A stretch of DNA of 64,000 nt. Source: Candidatus Magasanikiibacteriota bacterium (lineage in GTDB: Bacteria; Patescibacteriota; Patescibacteriia; Magasanikbacterales; 2-02-FULL-50-9b). The position numbers were made by a program, and so were the translations under genes. This document shows, in pieces, positions 53,001-61,911 of the stretch. The notes under the pieces were generated by a model. The model ran no database searches, had not been told where the DNA came from, and saw only the letters and a list, made by a program, of their open reading frames with translations. The stretch is taken from positions 7,680 to 71,679 of the forward strand of contig CALRDW010000003.1 in the NCBI GenBank assembly GCA_943355025.1, written 5' to 3'. Numbering within the stretch: position 1 is the stretch's first letter; each line of letters begins with the position of its first letter.

Positions 53001-54077
53001 TCTGCGGAATTCGCCGATCAAATCTCCAGCAGAGCGCATGCCGAGAACAAATTGAGCGAGCTCAGCGCGTCGTTCAGCATCAGTTGCAAAGGTTTCTCCA
53101 CGCGCCATACTGCGTGTGACGGTTCCGCGCTCTGCTTTGAGGCGCTGGTTTTCCGTGAATCCACGCATACTACCAGTTACCGCTGCACCCGCGAGTCCAA
53201 AGGTTGCCGCATTGACCCCTTTCATTGCAAATCCTCGGCCGGTGTTTAAAATCCCGAAGGCTGTTGCAACACCAGCACTAAGTATTTCTGGGGAAATCCA
53301 GCTCGTTATTTGCGAATGTTGGAGTGCATCGATGCCTCGATCAACAATATTAAAATCCGCGCGCGTTTTATATTTTGTTCGGGCCTTGCCAATAGTTAAG
53401 GCCGTATTTTTTTCAACTTCACGCAACGAATCAATATGGATCATGCCGCTCCGCGCTGCTTCAGCCATCTCGAGCGCATTATCAGCGTAAACAGAGACTG
53501 CAACTGTGCGCGCAGAGTTTGTGCCGTGGAAAAAATTGTCGTAAAGTTCCTTTTTTTGAGTGGTAAATTCTTCGATAGTCATTGTCCGATTTGCTGCGTA
53601 GGCGCCAATCAAATCAAATAGGTGTGATTTAAATTGAGCCGTCTCAGTATTTAATGCTTCGCCTGCTCGCATGTGGTGGAGGTGCTCATCTTTTTGCAAA
53701 ATATCTTCTGGTGCGTGTGCAGCGTCAAAGCGATCAAGAATTGCATGCAGCGCTTGCCCATTATCCGCAGCATCAGCGGACAGGCTCCCACGACCAGCAT
53801 AAATATTTCCAGTCGCGCCGATATGTGCGCGAACTTCGCGCAGCTCCTTGTTGCGGCGATAATATTTTGTTAAACCAAGTGCGATGTTGTGGCCAATATT
53901 TTTTACACCCTCAGTAAAACGTTCAAGTCGCGTAACACCTAAATTTCGGCGGGGTGCTTCGTGTAGCGTTTTTTCGGCGCGATCCTCGGCTTCTTGCTCT
54001 GCAATGTCGCTGATATCAACGATCTTGAGTCCGCTCTCTGGTCTTCTGTGTGGCGTGCCTGTTTGTTCTTGGATCAT
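50082..54077 (-). CDS. Large multidomain protein with Gly-rich hydrophobic segments and C-terminal GT-A (GT2-like) domain
   Basis: VAIPV, EIVLFVN, SNDAD (DxD), GGNFAFR..VGGY, GED. Confidence 0.75.
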   Translation of the reverse strand: MIQEQTGTPHRRPESGLKIVDISDIAEQEAEDRAEKTLHEAPRRNLGVTRLERFTEGVKNIGHNIALGLTKYYRRNKELREVRAHIGATGNIYAGRGSLSADAADNGQALHAILDRFDAAHAPEDILQKDEHLHHMRAGEALNTETAQFKSHLFDLIGAYAANRTMTIEEFTTQKKELYDNFFHGTNSARTVAVSVYADNALEMAEAARSGMIHIDSLREVEKNTALTIGKARTKYKTRADFNIVDRGIDALQHSQITSWISPEILSAGVATAFGILNTGRGFAMKGVNAATFGLAGAAVTGSMRGFTENQRLKAERGTVTRSMARGETFATDAERRAELAQFVLGMRSAGDLIGEFRRNFCGADTNLRHLSEAETSGAIRSLAEIEARISFRDLHSVDTISYLDGESETLHTELMLLRATMKTQLSRSLNITSAQLRERLDREAEQFLTTMATEKNEKDALERSFRIRRSIRAGLKGGAIGLGLGLGIQEVTAFFNDNVEGLAEHFVYSSAHGQGAQTSLHAFAAWAHEKTGFGIPSHALGMLQPTHVDLVAIPGGGSIHVNLPTDYSLLDRGNGAAELALPDGRHLALMIDPTTGNFDSASLAFLSHAGLHDINGLSSVGTTTTTETHTETGHEYIQRHATGPNWYTRPHGMQDWYGNNTASKAEFNELRAWYQGEHHSGFTQNGDAQLRIDMKEYAANSSGHQTAGSLHHALIGRPGKALTENRLFWELTPEKGGPTFRVPFHHNGDGTVTAEVPHDNPALRMIFGQNTNGHIVEKAFLSEIIEEVHDKNGIVKGFHTYASQNFGGHHLGDVRVTDITTKSVPNIDTTITVLGDNGPDVVPFIPVYWGARQELEQAAVMQPLMYGYGYEGTRRNHAEQGNEKNVDSSVSETLKHDPNVRLDEHKEITSYLAHQTPEHTKRIEALAGQIKEPMAAGVRTVVAIPVAGHQEGKNIYETLENFTTQTADPSTFEIVLFVNHPMTDEKGKPVTPDATIREITRFKKNHPKLAVRVMYSPLPIEQAKIGLVRKLLNDAVILRQAQRGASAPELIIVSNDADNKGVSQHYIQNFVDMLDKHPEKDGYLGNLDWDPAALVKYPELYIGTRLFQYLNAINRKLHGKTISSGGNFAFRSSIYAAVGGYHDDSELGEDIAFGTAISNARGTNKTIAYTNRSLLFTSARRSIEALRHGHSPLEQWDKIRFSAFDELRREGSVRLDKPVNFASIPYRAELKKRIELMINKILNNYISWEKIGKDAPKYKKVLAALGIQYKLDSKGEVEITDMGLLIQKLKEFQEVALLYRDSKMGLPGKLDELKTIKRKRAKKAEKLAKK

Positions 54078-54081
54078 ACAA

Positions 54082-54393
54082 TTATCCAGCAAGGTATTCG
54101 TTTCGAACCGCGAGAATCGCGTTTGAAATAAGCGATGGAAGGTCGCTGACATGTTTGTCGAGGAATGCACGAATCGCACTTGCCTCAGCATGTGAACTGT
54201 TGAGATGTTCGAGCGCGATTGCTTGTTCCTCGGAAAGAAGCGCGATGATCATCGCGTTGATGCGGTCATTAATTTGCGCTGTAATGTCTGAAATAAATTC
54301 GATACGCACCTGCGCATCAGCAATGTGAAGACCTTTTTCATTAAAAATTTGTTCCGCCGCTTCTTCAACGGTAAACTGTTGCGGTGAATGCAT
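54082..54393 (-). CDS. Small helical hypothetical protein
   Basis: 103-aa ORF ending 4 nt before the large GT gene. Confidence 0.65.
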   Translation of the reverse strand: MHSPQQFTVEEAAEQIFNEKGLHIADAQVRIEFISDITAQINDRINAMIIALLSEEQAIALEHLNSSHAEASAIRAFLDKHVSDLPSLISNAILAVRNEYLAG

Positions 54394-54510
54394 ATGGAGA
54401 GAGCAAAAAGACCGGTGAGGGTTGAATAATAGTACGAATAGTATAGCATATGAATGCTTCGTCGCACATATATTTGAAGTGGTGACAGGGCTGTGGTAGG
54501 GTGGTCAAAT

Positions 54511-55551
54511 ATGGGCTGTGAAATTCTTGAACACCGCGTTGGATCATTCAGGGCGATAACTCTTACAGATGGAGAATTTTCGATGACGCTTTTACCGGAA
54601 AAAGGCAGTGATATTATTTCGTTGCGTCACGAAAAAACTGACACTGAATTTTTGTGGACATCGCCGAATGGACTCCGAGCAGACGCGCCGACGAAAAGTT
54701 TTATTGATAATTACGAGGGCGGTTGGCAGGAATGTTTTCCAACGGGAGGCCCCGCGATTAACTACCACGGCGCTGCTATTCCGCAACATGGTGAGGTGCA
54801 TGCACTTTGTTGGGCGGTAACTGACATGATGAAAGATTTTAACGAGGTTTCAATTACACTTGAAGTTGATACGATTCGTACGCCATTTCATTTGCGAAAA
54901 AAAATTACTCTTCGTTACCAAACAGGCATATTTGAAATTGAAGAATGGGCAACGAATTTGAGTGAACAAAGTTTGCCGATTTTGTGGGGGCAGCATCCAG
55001 CGCTTGGCGGAAATTTTTTGGACGAACATTGTAAGATTGATGCGCTTGCAAAAAAAGTGTGGTCATACTCGCTCCCCGAAAATTCTGAAACAGGACAATT
55101 CGATCAGTCTGTAAGCGGAGAGTGGCCGATGCTTAAAAATAAGCGGGGAGAGCTCGTTGATGTGTCGGAGATTCCGTCGTCAGAGGGCGCGAGAACCGCA
55201 GACATGTTATTCATCGGGGAATTTTCAGATGGGTGGATTTCCGTTACAAATAAAGAACGGAAAGTTGGGATTGCTTATTTATTTGATCCAGAACATTACA
55301 AAACCGTGTGGTTTTGGCAGATGTATGGCGGCGGACTCGGGTATCCGTGGTATGGACGCGCGTACACCATGGCGCTGGAACTATTTACGGGCGTGCCAGA
55401 TCCGCGTGCTGCAACTATTGAAGATGTCGCAGGGACTGTTCAGATCGGTGGCCATCAGACCCTTTCGTCACGATTTCGGGTTCTTTTGTACAAGGGGATT
55501 CGTGGCGTTGGTCGCATAACACCAGATGGAACCATAGTGCCGCGTATTTGA
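54511..55551 (+). CDS. Aldose 1-epimerase/galactose mutarotase-like protein
   Basis: GGWQECFP, HGE, GQHP, ALE motifs. Confidence 0.8.
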   Translation: MGCEILEHRVGSFRAITLTDGEFSMTLLPEKGSDIISLRHEKTDTEFLWTSPNGLRADAPTKSFIDNYEGGWQECFPTGGPAINYHGAAIPQHGEVHALCWAVTDMMKDFNEVSITLEVDTIRTPFHLRKKITLRYQTGIFEIEEWATNLSEQSLPILWGQHPALGGNFLDEHCKIDALAKKVWSYSLPENSETGQFDQSVSGEWPMLKNKRGELVDVSEIPSSEGARTADMLFIGEFSDGWISVTNKERKVGIAYLFDPEHYKTVWFWQMYGGGLGYPWYGRAYTMALELFTGVPDPRAATIEDVAGTVQIGGHQTLSSRFRVLLYKGIRGVGRITPDGTIVPRI

Positions 55552-55588
55552 CCGCACAGCGCTTCATTAGATACACTGGGCAGGCTGT

Positions 55589-56326
55589 ATGATTACACCG
55601 GTGCTTAAAAAATTAGGGTTGTCCGACAAAGCGGGCATGGTTTATACCACGCTGCTCTCGCTTGGTTCAGCGTCCGTACGCCAAATTGCAGATGGAGCAG
55701 GCGTAAATCGGGGCACTACCTACGATATTTTGAAGTCCTTGCTTTCCGACGGGCTTGTGAGCTACGTAAACAAGGATGCAAAAAATTATTTTATCGCCGA
55801 GGATCCAACACACTTGCGCGTGCTCATCAAAAAACAGCAAGGATATCTGCGCGAAGTTGAGGCAGAACTTGAGAGCCAAGTGCCGGAGCTTCAGTCGCTC
55901 TTTAGTCGTCACGGGGAAAAACCAGTCGTCCGATATTTTGAGGGTGATCGGGGTATTCGGACGCTTTTGACAGACGTACTTTCAACGATGGAGAAACAGA
56001 AAGATAAGTTGTACCACGTATATTCTTCGTCAACAATCAGCGAACATTATAACCGGGCGTTTCCAAAGTATACTGAGGCGCGAATCGCGCGAGGCGTACA
56101 TGTTCAAGTTATGGCAACGGGGCCGGGTGGTTCGCCTCGTGGGCTTGATGAGCGCAAATGGCTCACCAAAGAAGAGGGCTCTCCGGCGTATACGTTTATT
56201 TATGCAGGGCACTTGGCGCATATTGCGCTCGACGCTGGTGGGCAAATGGTTGGTGTTATTATAGAAAACAAGGCGATGTATGAGGCTCAGCGACTTCTGT
56301 TTCAGGCGCTGTGGAAGCGATTATAA
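55589..56326 (+). CDS. TrmB-family transcriptional regulator
   Basis: LGLS..VY..L.LG, NRGTTYDIL, YFEG..GI. Confidence 0.9.
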   Translation: MITPVLKKLGLSDKAGMVYTTLLSLGSASVRQIADGAGVNRGTTYDILKSLLSDGLVSYVNKDAKNYFIAEDPTHLRVLIKKQQGYLREVEAELESQVPELQSLFSRHGEKPVVRYFEGDRGIRTLLTDVLSTMEKQKDKLYHVYSSSTISEHYNRAFPKYTEARIARGVHVQVMATGPGGSPRGLDERKWLTKEEGSPAYTFIYAGHLAHIALDAGGQMVGVIIENKAMYEAQRLLFQALWKRL

Positions 56327-56329
56327 CGA

Positions 56330-57148
56330 ATGGTTGATTATTTTAAGACTGATATGACAACAACCGAATTTAAGGACATTTATGATCCGGGTACTGCAAA
56401 AGTCGGGATTATTATTTTGGGCGCGGGCAAAGGCAAGCGGATGGAAAGCGATTTACCGAAAGTGCTTGTGCCACTGTATGGTCAACCGCTAATTTCACAT
56501 GTGCTCCACAGCATCGAGTCCGTAACTGCGGACGCGCGGCCAATTTTAGTTGTTGGGTATAAAGCAGAGCTCGTTAAAGAAACCCTCGGACCAAATTACC
56601 GGTATGCGATTCAGACAGAGCAGCTGGGGACGGGGCACGCCGTTATGGCTGCGCGCGAGGTTGCGGCGGAATACGACCATATTGTTGTTTTGTATGGTGA
56701 TCAGCCACACATTCCCGCGCAAGTTATCAACGAGCTTATTGCCACGCACTTACAAGAACGGGCGACCATGACACTGATGACGGTTACAGTTCCGGATTTT
56801 GATAAGTGGCGCGCGGCGCTTGCAACCTATGGGAGAATTGTTCGGAATGATGCAGGGGATATTTTGGGGATTGTTGAAAAAAAGGATGCAACGCCGGAGC
56901 AACTCTTGATTCGTGAGGTAAATCCCTCGTTTTTTTGTTTTCGCGCATCGTGGCTCTGGGAGCAATTACCATTACTCAAAAATAAAAATGCGCAGGGCGA
57001 GTATTATTTAACAGATTTAGTTAGTGCAGCTGTTTCAAATGGCGATAAAATCGCCTCATTTTCTGGAGATGCACTTGCGGCGCTTGGTGCGAATACCAAG
57101 GAAGAGCTTCGGCTTCTCGAACAGATTCTCGAGGGTGTTACGGGCTAA
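56330..57148 (+). CDS. GlmU-like nucleotidyltransferase (N-terminal domain only)
   Basis: LGAGKGKRMES..PKVL, EQLGTGHA, YGD, GEYYLTD; no LbetaH domain. Confidence 0.88.
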   Translation: MVDYFKTDMTTTEFKDIYDPGTAKVGIIILGAGKGKRMESDLPKVLVPLYGQPLISHVLHSIESVTADARPILVVGYKAELVKETLGPNYRYAIQTEQLGTGHAVMAAREVAAEYDHIVVLYGDQPHIPAQVINELIATHLQERATMTLMTVTVPDFDKWRAALATYGRIVRNDAGDILGIVEKKDATPEQLLIREVNPSFFCFRASWLWEQLPLLKNKNAQGEYYLTDLVSAAVSNGDKIASFSGDALAALGANTKEELRLLEQILEGVTG

Positions 57149-57400
57149 TTTTGGTAGCTGTTTAAGCAGTTTTTTTGAGTTATATTGTATATTGATACAT
57201 TAACTGTCTTTATTTTTTTATCAATAGTTTCTGTGGATAAGAAAATAGCGCAGGTTAAAACCTGCAAAGTTCTATCATTATTTTGGCTAAAATTAAACAA
57301 AATAGCTTATATTAAAAAAATCTGTCGAAAAAAATTGACAAAAATGCGAGTAACCTGTAGTATGTCCAGTATACGCTAGACAAAAAGTAGGGGGTGACGC

Positions 57401-58264
57401 GTGGTTGAGCAAAAAATGTCGGAATTTGACGTCTCGATCGCGGTGATTCATCGCAATCTTGGTCGGTACCTTGGAAACGCATTGTGGTCTGTCCTGGCCC
57501 AAGAGCTCGGAGACCTTCGTGCAGAAATTCTCATTCTGGACGATGCATCGGATGATGCGTTGTCGCGTGCAGTGTTTGCGGGCCTTAAAGCGGGGTTCAT
57601 TCAGCGCTCAGACATTGTTTTCGTAGACTCGTCTACTCGTTGCGGCGTTGCGTGTACGCGCAATAAAGCTTTGAGTGTGGCGCGCGGAAATGTTCTGATG
57701 TTCGTTGACGCAGACGACTGTATTGGACCGAACTTTGTTCGGCTCATGTACGATCGGATTGCAGCATTTCCACAGGCTGTGTGGGCAGCGCCGCAGGTCT
57801 ATGTGAGAACGTTTGATCGGCTGACGTCTGGGGAACATGCCCACAAGGCTGATGAAATCATCAAGCTCAAAATGGAGCAGGCTATGGAGCTCGGTTCGAT
57901 GAGCGCCTATCGCGTCGAAATGATTCGGCAAATTGGTGGCTGGTCGGGCGGGATCGACATGGTTGGGTTCGATGAGGCGGGCGAGCTTGGCGCGCGACTG
58001 TGGGCTTCCGGAATGAAGCCTGTCGTTGTCAAAATGGATGTTACGGACTCGTATCATTATTTGCAACGAGCACGAAGCGATGGTGAGAATCGCCGAAGTG
58101 TTCGCCGCTTGTCGCTACTTTGGATGCTCAGAAATGTGGGGAACAATGAGTTTTTTCCGCTTGAGCGCTTGAAGCTTGATCTGGAAGTGCCTCCGTTGGA
58201 GCCGTTTCTCGATCTTGCGAAATCGGTTTTGCAAGAACCGCAGCAGGAACATGTGTTTGCGTAA
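57401..58264 (+). CDS. Glycosyltransferase family 2 (divergent)
   Basis: ILDDAS.D, RN..L..ARG..FVDADD. Confidence 0.75.
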   Translation: MVEQKMSEFDVSIAVIHRNLGRYLGNALWSVLAQELGDLRAEILILDDASDDALSRAVFAGLKAGFIQRSDIVFVDSSTRCGVACTRNKALSVARGNVLMFVDADDCIGPNFVRLMYDRIAAFPQAVWAAPQVYVRTFDRLTSGEHAHKADEIIKLKMEQAMELGSMSAYRVEMIRQIGGWSGGIDMVGFDEAGELGARLWASGMKPVVVKMDVTDSYHYLQRARSDGENRRSVRRLSLLWMLRNVGNNEFFPLERLKLDLEVPPLEPFLDLAKSVLQEPQQEHVFA

Positions 58265-58283
58265 GTTTTCGCATGTACAGAGA

Positions 58284-58331
58284 GGTTGGCGGTGCTCTGA
58301 AATAATCTCAGCACCGCCAACCAACTTTTTT
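58284..58331 (+). terminator. Terminator-like hairpin
   Basis: GGTTGGCGGTGCT/AGCACCGCCAACC stem followed by T run. Confidence 0.6.
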
Positions 58332-58435
58332 AAAGAGTATCATCGCGCACGACCGAAGGTTCGCCGGAAGTCGTGCGCGAGGGTACTCTTTTATGTTAGG
58401 ATGATCGGAGGATTTGAAATAAATTTGAGGAACGT

Positions 58436-59701
58436 ATGCAACGAACAAACTTGATTGCCGATTTCCACATTCATTCGAAATATTCGCGTGCATGTTCAAA
58501 AAATTTAACGCTTCCAAATATTGCCGCTGCGTGCGAACGAAAGGGAATTGATTTGATTACGACTTCTGATTTCACGCACCCTGCATGGATGAAACATATT
58601 GATGAGGAACTTGAAGAAGTTGCAGATGGAATTTATCAACTGACTGGTGCGCGATCAAAAACAAAATTTATTTTGACAACAGAGTTGTCGAGTATTTATT
58701 CACAAGGCGGGAAGGTTCGTCGTATTCATGTATTAATTTTTTCACCGTCGATCGCGGTTGCAAAAAAATTTACAGAAGAACTCGAAGCACGTGGATGCAA
58801 TGTAAAATCTGATGGCCGTCCAATTTTAGGTTTGTCCGCTGTAGAGATTTTAAAAATAATGCTCGCAATTTCTCCCGATATGATGATGGTACCCGCGCAT
58901 GCATGGACACCGTGGTTTTCAGTCTTTGGTTCAAAGTCTGGGTTTGATTCGCTTGAGGAATGTTTTGGTGATTTAGCGTTGCATATTCGTGCAATCGAAA
59001 CAGGTCTTTCATCAGACCCAACTATGAATTGGATGGTCGACGCGCTCGATGACATAACATTGATTTCAAATTCCGATGCGCACAGTTTAGAAAAACTTGG
59101 ACGTGAGGCAACGGTATTTGCAATTGATCCAGAAAAAAAATTTTCGTATCTTGAAATTATTCATGCAATTCAAAATAAATCGAGTGGTGTTATAAAAGAG
59201 ACAATCGAATTTTTTCCGGAAGAAGGAAAATATCATATCGATGGGCACGCTGCATGCAATTTTTTTTGTTTGCCGACACAGACGAAAAAATTAGATGGGA
59301 TTTGTCCCGTGTGCAAAAAGAAATTAACTATCGGTGTGCTCTATCGAGTCGAAGAATTGTCTAACATAAAAAAAGTTATCCACACATCGAACAAAATACA
59401 CATACCATTTCGTCACATCATTCCACTGGCCGAACTCATTGCGTTTACTCTTGGAGTGGGTACCGGGAGTGTGCGTGTAGGGAGAATATACGACAAAATT
59501 ATTGCTCATCTCGGGAATGAATTTAATGTGCTGCTCGAGGTACCGATTGCGGATATTTCTGCGAATTCAAGCGAAGAAATTGGTAATGCTGTTGCCGCAA
59601 TGCGTGCGGGAACTGTAGAACTTACACCAGGATATGACGGAGTTTTTGGAAAAATTTCTGTTGTGAAAAAAAATAATTTTACTCAAAAAAATTTATTGTA
59701 A
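58436..59701 (+). CDS. Endonuclease Q / PHP-family protein
   Basis: DFHIHSKYS, HAWTP, ETGLSSD, NSDAHS, GKYH..GH..C, CPVC, PGYDG. Confidence 0.9.
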   Translation: MQRTNLIADFHIHSKYSRACSKNLTLPNIAAACERKGIDLITTSDFTHPAWMKHIDEELEEVADGIYQLTGARSKTKFILTTELSSIYSQGGKVRRIHVLIFSPSIAVAKKFTEELEARGCNVKSDGRPILGLSAVEILKIMLAISPDMMMVPAHAWTPWFSVFGSKSGFDSLEECFGDLALHIRAIETGLSSDPTMNWMVDALDDITLISNSDAHSLEKLGREATVFAIDPEKKFSYLEIIHAIQNKSSGVIKETIEFFPEEGKYHIDGHAACNFFCLPTQTKKLDGICPVCKKKLTIGVLYRVEELSNIKKVIHTSNKIHIPFRHIIPLAELIAFTLGVGTGSVRVGRIYDKIIAHLGNEFNVLLEVPIADISANSSEEIGNAVAAMRAGTVELTPGYDGVFGKISVVKKNNFTQKNLL

Positions 59702-59893
59702 AATTATTTTTTTGATATTTTTTTAAAAAAATAATATCTTGCGTGACACTTGACAAACATTTTTCATATTTGAAAATCTTGTTATACTAATAACAGTTAG
59801 GTCGATAAAGGAACACAATCTCTTCCATGTTTGGAGGTTGTGCATCCAGACAAAAACTTTAAAAATATTCTCCTCGCAAGAGGAAAAAATTCT

Positions 59894-59959
59894 ATGGCAG
59901 CAAAAAAGAAGACCGCAAAGAAGAAAGTGGCTAAGAAGCCAGCAAAGCGAAAGAAATAA
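59894..59959 (+). CDS. 21-aa Lys-rich basic peptide (histone H1-like)
   Basis: MAAKKKTAKKKVAKKPAKRKK with SD GAGGA and a terminator at 59983-60010. Confidence 0.65.
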   Translation: MAAKKKTAKKKVAKKPAKRKK

Positions 59960-60048
59960 TTTTCTTTCCTTCCGTTCTTTCGAAAAATCCTCGGGCAACT
60001 GAGGGTTTTTCATTTTTATAAGTGGTATACTACGGGAAAGAATATTTT

Positions 60049-60504
60049 ATGCGCATGAATAATTTATATGTAACTATTGTTGGTGCATGTATGGGGCTGG
60101 TGTTGCTTGGGATTGGGTGTGGCGCAAAAAAAAATGTGATGCAGGCGTATCCTGCAATTCAGATTGAATCCGGAGCGCACATATTCGCACAAATGCCGAC
60201 TGATTGGGGGGCCGCAAAGTTCAATGCGCTGTATCGGGATCCACAGAGCCCGTCCGGGTTTGGTTATTTACAGGGCGCTGTTAATGTTGGTATAGGACCC
60301 AAAAATGATAAGGGAGAAATTGTGGTAAAGGGGCATGTGATTTTGGTACCGCGTGCCGAGGCAAAACTTTTTGAGGTAAGTAAATACCCAGCGAATGCAG
60401 AGAGAAAATTTGAGGCAGGTCCTTTTATTGGTTTTGTTTCAGTTACTTTACCAAACGATATTGAGACAGAACATGTGCTTGCAAGTGTTGAGGTGCGCGA
60501 ATAA
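60049..60504 (+). CDS. Putative lipoprotein
   Basis: Hydrophobic N-terminus ending LGIGC. Confidence 0.6.
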   Translation: MRMNNLYVTIVGACMGLVLLGIGCGAKKNVMQAYPAIQIESGAHIFAQMPTDWGAAKFNALYRDPQSPSGFGYLQGAVNVGIGPKNDKGEIVVKGHVILVPRAEAKLFEVSKYPANAERKFEAGPFIGFVSVTLPNDIETEHVLASVEVRE

Positions 60505-60541
60505 ATAAAAATCCTCACCAACTAGGGTGAGGATTTTTATA

Positions 60542-60614
60542 TGGGCCGGCCGGGATTCGAACCCGGGACCGTACGCTTAAGAGGCGTCTGCTCTACCAGC
60601 TGAGCTACCAGCCC
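60542..60614 (-). tRNA. tRNA-Lys(CUU)
   Basis: ACGC-CT-CTT-AA-GCGT. Confidence 0.93.
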
Positions 60615-60780
60615 GAGTGAAGAACAAACTGAGCGCTTGCGCTCGAGTTTGGTTCCGAGCGAGGGCTGGTAGCCACGAGCAACCCAAGGTTGCGAAGTAT
60701 CTACAGCCCGAACACAGAATACTAGCAATTTCTAGCCAATTCTACTTAAATTCTATACCTTTGTCAACTAAAATAAAAAC

Positions 60781-61068
60781 CTACTTCAAAATAACATACG
60801 TAACCGCTGCAAGCTCATGAATGCGATCGGAATCATGCTGTGCTGCGACATTCGTGTGAGTTTGCAATAGTTTTTGAATCGCTACCCGAAGCGCACCCAT
60901 GCCCGATCCGTGAATGATTTTAACGGCAGCGTGTTTGCCAATTAGTTGGCGGTCTAAAAATTTGTCGACTTCTTCGATGGCTTCGCTAACTCGAAGGCCA
61001 TGCACATCCAAGGAAGGAGTGTGGGGGTTGAGTTCAGCTGACCAAAATTCAAATTCATGTTGAGTCAT
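60781..61068 (-). CDS. Smr/MutS2 C-terminal domain protein
   Basis: LDVHG, IIHGSG.G.LR. Confidence 0.88.
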   Translation of the reverse strand: MTQHEFEFWSAELNPHTPSLDVHGLRVSEAIEEVDKFLDRQLIGKHAAVKIIHGSGMGALRVAIQKLLQTHTNVAAQHDSDRIHELAAVTYVILK

Positions 61069-61114
61069 AGGCCATTAAAACAAAATTTCTCCCTATTAGG
61101 GAGAAATTTTCATA

Positions 61115-61186
61115 TGCCCTCGGAGGGAATCGAACCCCCATATACAGCTTCGAAGGCTGTCGTTCTATCCGTTTAACTACGAGGGC
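61115..61186 (-). tRNA. tRNA-Arg(UCG)
   Basis: ACAGC-CT-TCG-AA-GCTGT; acceptor GCCCTCG/CGAGGGC. Confidence 0.92.
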
Positions 61187-61911
61187 AGAATGATAATTTC
61201 TGATTCACGTTTGTCCCAGCCTTTTGCAATCAGTGCGGCGCGCGCCGCCTCTTCCTGGGCTTCTTGCTTGCTGGTGCCTTCACCGCTCGCAATCATTTCC
61301 GCGCCCAAAAACAAACCGATGACGAACTTTTTATTGTGGTCAGGACCACTTTCCTCAAGAACTTTGTAGTTTGGCGTAATGCCGACAACGTCTTGTGCCG
61401 CCTCCTGAAAGCGACTCTTTGGATCTACAAATAATCGATTTTCAACGATGTGTCGTAGACGAGTTATAACAAAACGATGAATAAACGCTTCGGCTGCTGC
61501 AAATCCAGCGTCCAGATATATGGCGCCGATGATTGCCTCGATCGCGTTCGCCAGAATATACATGCGAGCCTTGCTGCCCGCGTCCTTTTGTTCGCCTTTA
61601 CTCAGAAACAAGAACGGCTCGAAAGCGATTTCATTTGAAATCTCAGCGAGAATTTTTGCGTTTACCAGGGCGGCACGCAAATTCGTGAGTTTGCCCTCGT
61701 CAATATCAAAACTTTTGTATAAAAATTCTGTGACTGAGAGCTCTAAAACTGCATCGCCCAAAAATTCGAGTCGCTCATTGTGACCGACTTCAAAATCAGG
61801 GTGTTCGTTGAGATATGAACGGTGGACAACGGATTGCAGAAGCAAATCACGGTTTTTGAAAACATGTCCCAGGCGTTCTTCAAGTTGCGGCAGCGCTTTT
61901 ATATCGTTCAT
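61177..61911 (-). CDS. rnc: Ribonuclease III
   Basis: NERLEFLGDAVL; dsRBD; stop codon lies inside the tRNA-Arg gene. Confidence 0.96.
   Translation of the reverse strand: MNDIKALPQLEERLGHVFKNRDLLLQSVVHRSYLNEHPDFEVGHNERLEFLGDAVLELSVTEFLYKSFDIDEGKLTNLRAALVNAKILAEISNEIAFEPFLFLSKGEQKDAGSKARMYILANAIEAIIGAIYLDAGFAAAEAFIHRFVITRLRHIVENRLFVDPKSRFQEAAQDVVGITPNYKVLEESGPDHNKKFVIGLFLGAEMIASGEGTSKQEAQEEAARAALIAKGWDKRESEIIILPS

Noticed and set aside
58333-58392. Second long hairpin between the GT2 and EndoQ genes as a REP or ncRNA
   Set aside because: Single copy with no recognisable motif, so not enough support
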